The notes under the pieces were generated by a model, which saw nothing but the letters and a program-made list of their open reading frames with translations, was not told where the DNA came from and made no database searches. The translations under genes and the position numbers were made by a program. A stretch of DNA of 64,000 nucleotides from Candidatus Latescibacterota bacterium. GTDB lineage: Bacteria; Latescibacterota; UBA2968; UBA8231. The DNA lies in contig OZ241867.1 in assembly GCA_965203175.1 (NCBI GenBank), forward strand, positions 6,336,001-6,400,000, in the 5' to 3' direction. Of this stretch, positions 58,632 to 64,000 are shown piece after piece; within the stretch, counting starts at the first letter, position 1; every line of letters starts with the position of its first letter.

Positions 58632-60671
58632 ATGCGATGGCTGGTGCTGCTTCTCGCCATCAGCGGCCCACTGGCAGCGCAGATGCCCTCGGCTTGGGTC
58701 GTAGGGGGCACGAGCGGCGAGCCTTGGGCTGCAGCCGCAGAGCGCTGGATTGCCCTCGACGACTCCGCGCGCGTTGGGGCGATTCAGCCAAGGGCCATTC
58801 CCCGAGGCCACACAGTTACGCGCCAACTAGTGCGCACGGGCATTGCCACGACCCAGCGCAACCTCTTTGGCTATCGCTGGAGCTTGCACAAGGGACCGCG
58901 CCAAATCGAGGCCGACACCTTGGAGGTTGGATGGCACCCGCGCCTGTGGCTCTGGGGCGGGACCAATGCCTCCGCCCCAGAGGTCATGCGCGGGCTCGTC
59001 GATGGCGACGAACTAACCGCGGCCTTTGCCCACCGGGCGCGAGCCGATGGCCGCCCCAACAGCGTGCAGTTCATCACGCTCGACTTGGGCGTACCCGTGC
59101 CCGTTGATAGCATCGTGTTCTTTCCGCCGCAAACCGGGCTGACCAGCGACAACCAGCGCCAGCGCGAACTGTTCGCCCGCGCCTATGAAGTCAGCCGGAC
59201 GAATGTGCCGGTCGAATGGCTGATCTTTGAGGACGAGACCACGTCAACCGGATCGTCGGGGTACCACCCCCTCGACGAGATTCTCGCCAGCACCTTTGCC
59301 AACAACATTAGCGTCGTCTCCCTCGCAACAGACCTGCGCTTTACCCGCTTTCTCCGCTTCAAGTTTGGCGAGGTTTCCACCACGACCTTGCTGGCCGAAA
59401 TCGAAATCTTTGGCCGCGGCTACCCCCAAGAGGCCCGCTACATCTCCGCGCCCCATTCCTTCGGCCAAGCCGTGAGCTTGGGACGGGTCACCTGGAAATT
59501 CACCCGCTATCGCCTATTGCCTTCGGGCGCGATCACAGCCGACCCCACCGCACCGGTACAGCTGAACTTGCAAACCCGCGCTGGCTTTGACGACAATCCT
59601 AAGACGTTTTTCATCTTCGACGACCTTGGCCGGCTGGTGGAAGTAGATGAGAAGACGTATTTCGACTCGCCGCGAGTGGTAGAACGGTTTTCCGAGGGCA
59701 TCGCCGGCTTCCGCGCCAAGCGAGGCGACGACATAGAAAACTGGAACAACTGGTCGGTCAATTACCAAGCGTCGGGGGACGAAATCCGCTCCTCGGACGG
59801 GGCCGAGTTCCTCCAGTTTCGCTTTACCATCACCACCGAAGACCCGCTGGCCTTTGGCGTGCTCGACAGCTTGGCTTTTGAGGTCTCGCCGCTGTTGGCC
59901 GACCGCGCGCTGGCGGAAATTGCCCTCGACGGACGCGCTGGTGTGGACGGTGCCGTCGAGGTCCCACTCGGCGTGGCTCAGCGCTTTGCCTATCACATTC
60001 GCACGGAGACTGGCGCAACCGACCGCGCGGGGTTCGACGGTATCGAGTTAGAAGTTCCTCCGGGCACTCGCTTCCTCGATCTGACCATCGACGACCAACC
60101 AGCAACCGAGGGCGAGGATTTTTCCCTAGCTACCGACGACAGGCGGTTGCGCTTGACCTTCCCCACCCCGTTCCAAGAAGACAAGGCGTTTCGCGTGCGC
60201 TTCCAAAGCGCGGTCTTCCAGCCATCGGTCTTTTTGGCCAGCCGCCTATTTAACACCTCGGCGGCTAGCTTGCCGCAGTCCATTGAGGCTGGGGACGCCC
60301 ACGCCGACGTGGCCAGCAACAGCATCCAAGTCGTCTCCAGCGACGAAGCCTTGGGCATTCTCGGAGCAATTGGACTGTCTTCACCCGTGGTCACGCCCAA
60401 CGGCGATGGGACCAACGAGCAAGTCGCCATTGGCTTCGATTTATTCGGCGTCGCTGGAGGCGCGTTGCAGGTGGAGGCGCGCGACCTGAGTGGCCGTCGC
60501 TACGCCGCGATCCTGGACGCTCAGGCCGCAGCCGGGCCGTACGCGCTACAGTGGGATGCGCGGGACGAGCAAGGGAAACTCGTGCCCCCAGGGCTGTATC
60601 TAATCCGCGTCACAGTCGAGGTCGATCGCGGCACGTTCGCCCGCGTGGCAGCGGTCGGGGTCGCGTACTGA
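58632..60671 (+). CDS. Secreted discoidin-like + FlgD-Ig protein (paralogue 2)
   Basis: Signal peptide, LDLGVPVPVDSI, LAEIEIFG, TRAGFDD, WNNWS, TPNGDGTNE, WDARDEQG..VPPGLY, ends GVAY. Confidence 0.8.
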   Translation: MRWLVLLLAISGPLAAQMPSAWVVGGTSGEPWAAAAERWIALDDSARVGAIQPRAIPRGHTVTRQLVRTGIATTQRNLFGYRWSLHKGPRQIEADTLEVGWHPRLWLWGGTNASAPEVMRGLVDGDELTAAFAHRARADGRPNSVQFITLDLGVPVPVDSIVFFPPQTGLTSDNQRQRELFARAYEVSRTNVPVEWLIFEDETTSTGSSGYHPLDEILASTFANNISVVSLATDLRFTRFLRFKFGEVSTTTLLAEIEIFGRGYPQEARYISAPHSFGQAVSLGRVTWKFTRYRLLPSGAITADPTAPVQLNLQTRAGFDDNPKTFFIFDDLGRLVEVDEKTYFDSPRVVERFSEGIAGFRAKRGDDIENWNNWSVNYQASGDEIRSSDGAEFLQFRFTITTEDPLAFGVLDSLAFEVSPLLADRALAEIALDGRAGVDGAVEVPLGVAQRFAYHIRTETGATDRAGFDGIELEVPPGTRFLDLTIDDQPATEGEDFSLATDDRRLRLTFPTPFQEDKAFRVRFQSAVFQPSVFLASRLFNTSAASLPQSIEAGDAHADVASNSIQVVSSDEALGILGAIGLSSPVVTPNGDGTNEQVAIGFDLFGVAGGALQVEARDLSGRRYAAILDAQAAAGPYALQWDARDEQGKLVPPGLYLIRVTVEVDRGTFARVAAVGVAY

Positions 60672-60681
60672 TGGAGGCACT

Positions 60682-63039
60682 ATGAAAACTCTACAACTAG
60701 CGATTGCTTCCCTCTTGCTCGCAGGCGCGGCGAGCGGCCAAAACCTGAGCTTTACCGGGTCCGACTTCGCTTCTTGGGCCCATCCGCAGGGGCTAGTGGA
60801 GGTTCTACCGCAGGGCATTAAAGTGAAGCGCTTTGCGCAGCGGTTCAACGCAGTAGCCAACGCCCGCGAATTTTCCGGCAAGCCCATCGGCGAATACGGA
60901 AAGCGCTTTGCGCGCACGCCGTCCAACCAGCAGCAGGCCGACCTAGCCGGCGACCAAGACCCCAACACGTGGTGGAAGCCCGACCCGGATACCCCAGTGC
61001 AGTTGTGGTGGCTAGAGCTTGACTTGGGGCGCTCCGTGGTCGCTGACAAGGTGCGCGTCCGCTTTCCCAACCGCGAAGGGGCCAAGCCCTTCAACTTTTT
61101 TTCGGTGTACGTCAGCCCGGGCATTCCGGTTTTCGGCGGCCGGGCCAAACGCATCGTCTATCGCCGGTTGGGTAGGCCGATCAACAACAACACCGAATCC
61201 CTAGTCGAGTTCGACCTCAAGACAACTGGCCTCGCCTCGGCCACGGGCGAGCACCTGAGCGCGGACGAGGTCCTCGACTTCGACATCATACGCTTCGTGC
61301 GCTTTGAAGCAGCCGGTGCAACGCCCGATGCCGCGCTCGCCGAAATAGAGGTGGACGGCATTGGCTTCAACCTCGCCTCCATGGTACAGGTCGAGGACCG
61401 CACCGAGCACTGGGGAGGCCGGACGTGGACGTCCAAGCACCGCGACTGCCCAGGGTGCGGCAAGGGTAGCGGGGCCGAGGCCCTCATCGACCAAGACTTG
61501 GGATTTCGCGGGTGGAATATCGAAGCCTCAGACAAGGGCAACTGGCGCGATTCAGGTGCCTGGTCCGTCATCGATTTCGGCAACGTCTTTCGCGTCGATC
61601 GCCTCATTTGGCTGCCGATTGTGTCGGGCCGCGGCCCGTTCCTCTACGGTTTCCAGCGCGACAAGCAAGGCAGTTGGCCCCGTTTCGAATTCTTAGTCTC
61701 CGACGGCACCCCCAGCAACAGTGCCGATCCAGTCGTCGAAGGCCCCTTCCACTACGAGTTGCTGTCGTCCGTGTCCAACTCCGGTCGCTATTTATTCGAT
61801 TTCCAGTTCGAGCCGCGCGCGCTGCGGCTGCTGTTGTGGCGCATAACGCGACCGCCGCAGCACAACCGCGCCTCCCAACTCTTCGTCTTCCACAGCGAGG
61901 GCTATCCCGTGCAAGTCGAACTGGAGTCCGAGGATATTTCCCTCGGCGGCGCTCGCAGCATGCGCTTCGTCGAATGGGACTCCGACCTGCCGCCCGGAAC
62001 GCGCATCGAAGTGGAAACCCAAACCGGCAATGGCTTCCAGACCCTCAAGCGCTACTTCCTCGTCAACGGCAAAGAAGTAACCAAACAAGCCTACGAGTCT
62101 GCCAAGTCCCGCAACCGCGGCGACATCGTCGAGGAACATGTGCGCGATGATACCTGGAGCTCGTATAGCCAACCCCACCGGTTCTCAGGGCAGGCTTTCC
62201 TCTCGCCGTCGCCGCGAAAGTGGCTGCGGGCGCGGGTGCGGCTCATCAGCGACGATCCAACGGTCTTTCCCACCCTGCGATCGCTCACGTTTGTGGCCAA
62301 TGCGCCGGTCATCACAGCCGGGCTGACGGGCCGCGTCTTTCCCCGCGAAGCCGTCATGGATTCCCTGCAGGCGTTTCGCTACACCATCGCGCCGGTGGGC
62401 TTCAGCAGCCGAGACGCTGGGTTCGACCGCGCGCTCATCCTACTCCCGCCCGGCAGCGGCCGCGATGCCGCATTCATCAGCGCCTCCGTGGGGAGAGACG
62501 AGGTTGCAGCCACCGGCCTATTGCAGGGGGATTCGCTCTTAGTGGAACTGCCACCGCCGCTGGTCCGGCGGGATTCGGTCGCCATCGCCTTTTCCGCGCG
62601 CCTGTCCCACAGCCCCACGGTCTTCAACGCGTTCGTCTCCAACTCGGCCGCAGAAGATAATCTCCAAGGCGTCGTGCCCGCCGAGTTCGGCGCCGATATA
62701 GTCTTCGTGCCCGAGGCAGTCGCCGGCGGCTCGTTGATCCGCAACGTCGAGTACACCCGCTCGATATCCCCCAACGGCGATGGCACCAACGACCAATGCG
62801 AACTGAATTTCACCGTCGTCAAGACCGAACAAGCACCGCGAGTACAGGTTTTTACCCTAGACGGCCGGCCCATAGTCGAGCTCGCAAGTCAAGGTGCACC
62901 GGGGCGGCGCGTCCACTATGTCTGGGACGGACGGAGCGCCGACCGCGCGGTGCCGCCCGGTATCTACGTCCTGCGCATTGCCATAGAAGCAGATGCCCGC
63001 GCCGACCGCGTTTACAGGCTTGTACATGTCGTTTATTAA
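60682..63039 (+). CDS. Secreted two-discoidin + FlgD-Ig protein (paralogue 3)
   Basis: GGAGG SD, signal peptide, LDLGRSVV, LAEIEVDG, IDFGNVFRV, WSSYS, SPNGDGTND, WDGR..VPPGIY, ends HVVY. Confidence 0.8.
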   Translation: MKTLQLAIASLLLAGAASGQNLSFTGSDFASWAHPQGLVEVLPQGIKVKRFAQRFNAVANAREFSGKPIGEYGKRFARTPSNQQQADLAGDQDPNTWWKPDPDTPVQLWWLELDLGRSVVADKVRVRFPNREGAKPFNFFSVYVSPGIPVFGGRAKRIVYRRLGRPINNNTESLVEFDLKTTGLASATGEHLSADEVLDFDIIRFVRFEAAGATPDAALAEIEVDGIGFNLASMVQVEDRTEHWGGRTWTSKHRDCPGCGKGSGAEALIDQDLGFRGWNIEASDKGNWRDSGAWSVIDFGNVFRVDRLIWLPIVSGRGPFLYGFQRDKQGSWPRFEFLVSDGTPSNSADPVVEGPFHYELLSSVSNSGRYLFDFQFEPRALRLLLWRITRPPQHNRASQLFVFHSEGYPVQVELESEDISLGGARSMRFVEWDSDLPPGTRIEVETQTGNGFQTLKRYFLVNGKEVTKQAYESAKSRNRGDIVEEHVRDDTWSSYSQPHRFSGQAFLSPSPRKWLRARVRLISDDPTVFPTLRSLTFVANAPVITAGLTGRVFPREAVMDSLQAFRYTIAPVGFSSRDAGFDRALILLPPGSGRDAAFISASVGRDEVAATGLLQGDSLLVELPPPLVRRDSVAIAFSARLSHSPTVFNAFVSNSAAEDNLQGVVPAEFGADIVFVPEAVAGGSLIRNVEYTRSISPNGDGTNDQCELNFTVVKTEQAPRVQVFTLDGRPIVELASQGAPGRRVHYVWDGRSADRAVPPGIYVLRIAIEADARADRVYRLVHVVY

Positions 63040-63052
63040 GAGGGAGCACACT

Positions 63053-64000
63053 GTGAGACGTCAAATCTTCACATTGTTAATTTGTCCATTCGCATGGATG
63101 GTGCCGCAAGAGGCAAGCGCCCAACGCGCCACCGGGTACGACAACCCCTATTACACTACGGGGACAGAAGTCTCTCCGGCGACCCTCGTGCCCTCGGTGC
63201 GCAAGTGGTATCTGCCGCAGCGGCTGTACTCGCTGTACGACTGGCGGCAAGAGCAGTACTCCAACTACGCCCGCGACCACTACGAGCGCTACACCGAGGT
63301 CTTCTTGGAAGGCTCGCCGTTCTACGACGTGTACGGCAATTACATCACGCAGGGCTGGCTAGTGTACGACTGGACCGAAGACTACCCAGAAGACAACGGC
63401 AGCATCATCACCAAAAATCCGCGCTTTCGTTCGTGGTTCAACAACCTGCTCGTGTCGTCGAGCCAGTCCGGGCAGTTCTACTCGGCCCTGATGGTGGGCG
63501 ACGGCATCCGCACGACCCTGACCCCTCTGACATTTTCCAAGCCGCGCTTCGACGGCATTCAGTGGGATCTTACAACCGACAAGTACGCCCTGACCATGCT
63601 GACGTCGAGGGTCAGCAACACCGGAGAAATTTCCTCTAGCGAAGTCGGCGGTGGCGTCCAAGCCAATACCTTCACCGCTCTGATGGCGGCCAGAGGGCGG
63701 GTACAGGTCGGTGATTTTGCCGCCCTCGGCGCGACCTTTGTCAATGCGGCTCATCGCAACTCCAACCTGCCGTTTGGCGACAACTCGCTCAGTGGCCTGC
63801 TCAGCGGCCCGATGAACGCGGACTTTGTCCGCTCCATCGTCGTGCGCATCTCCGACGATTCGCCCGAAGACGGCGAGGGCGGCGCGCTGCTGTCGCGCTG
63901 GCGCATCTTCATCGATGGAGTCGAGCACACTGGAGACATCGTCCCCGTGGTCGAGGGCGGCATTCGCCGCGGCGGCGCGATTGTGGCCAGCGGCACGGAT
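63053..64000 (+). CDS. Large secreted/outer-membrane protein, 5' part (runs off window end)
   Basis: Not in the ORF track. GGGAG SD, GTG 63053; MRRQIFTLLICPFAWMVPQEASAQ...RKWYLPQRLY...YSNYARDHYERY...FYDVYGNYITQGWLVYDW...TPLTFSKPRFDGIQWD; appears open to 64000. Confidence 0.8.
   Translation, partial: MRRQIFTLLICPFAWMVPQEASAQRATGYDNPYYTTGTEVSPATLVPSVRKWYLPQRLYSLYDWRQEQYSNYARDHYERYTEVFLEGSPFYDVYGNYITQGWLVYDWTEDYPEDNGSIITKNPRFRSWFNNLLVSSSQSGQFYSALMVGDGIRTTLTPLTFSKPRFDGIQWDLTTDKYALTMLTSRVSNTGEISSSEVGGGVQANTFTALMAARGRVQVGDFAALGATFVNAAHRNSNLPFGDNSLSGLLSGPMNADFVRSIVVRISDDSPEDGEGGALLSRWRIFIDGVEHTGDIVPVVEGGIRRGGAIVASGTD

Overview
GC-rich bacterial chromosome segment. Its gene content (NqrA, DUF6785-type membrane protein, sulfatase/PhyH/CBM9-rich catabolic genes, tandem FlgD-Ig proteins, a TWGKIK-tailed protein) suggests a Latescibacterota/Poribacteria-like marine lineage (inference). 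Layout: nqrA 5' end, biotin cluster (bioB convergent on bioF-H-C-D-A), panB and an Ala/Gly symporter (1-9 kb); ECF sigma-pentapeptide fusion and a CBM9/DUF5916 outer-membrane protein (11-14 kb); a long catabolic island with a peptide-type ABC transporter (14.6-42 kb); lipid, creatininase and CBM9 genes; a toxin-antitoxin-rich islet (46.7-50.7 kb); and an operon of secreted FlgD/CTD-tailed proteins running off the end (54.9-64 kb). The most striking signal is a family of ECF-sigma cargo cassettes. One sigma is fused to a two-domain DnaN (beta sliding clamp) homologue and another to pentapeptide repeats. A third survives as a decayed remnant, sharing about 70 bp of promoter and 5' sequence with the clamp-sigma, in front of the CBM9 barrel gene. 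In all three the sigma-cargo junction encodes an AAGGAG Shine-Dalgarno followed by an in-frame ATG. Other notable items are a PptH-like gene flanked by 37-bp direct repeats, a Cys-rich micro-ORF with an in-frame TGA, and a possible CCWGG-methylation mutational signature. All product calls come from motif recognition by eye; no searches were run.
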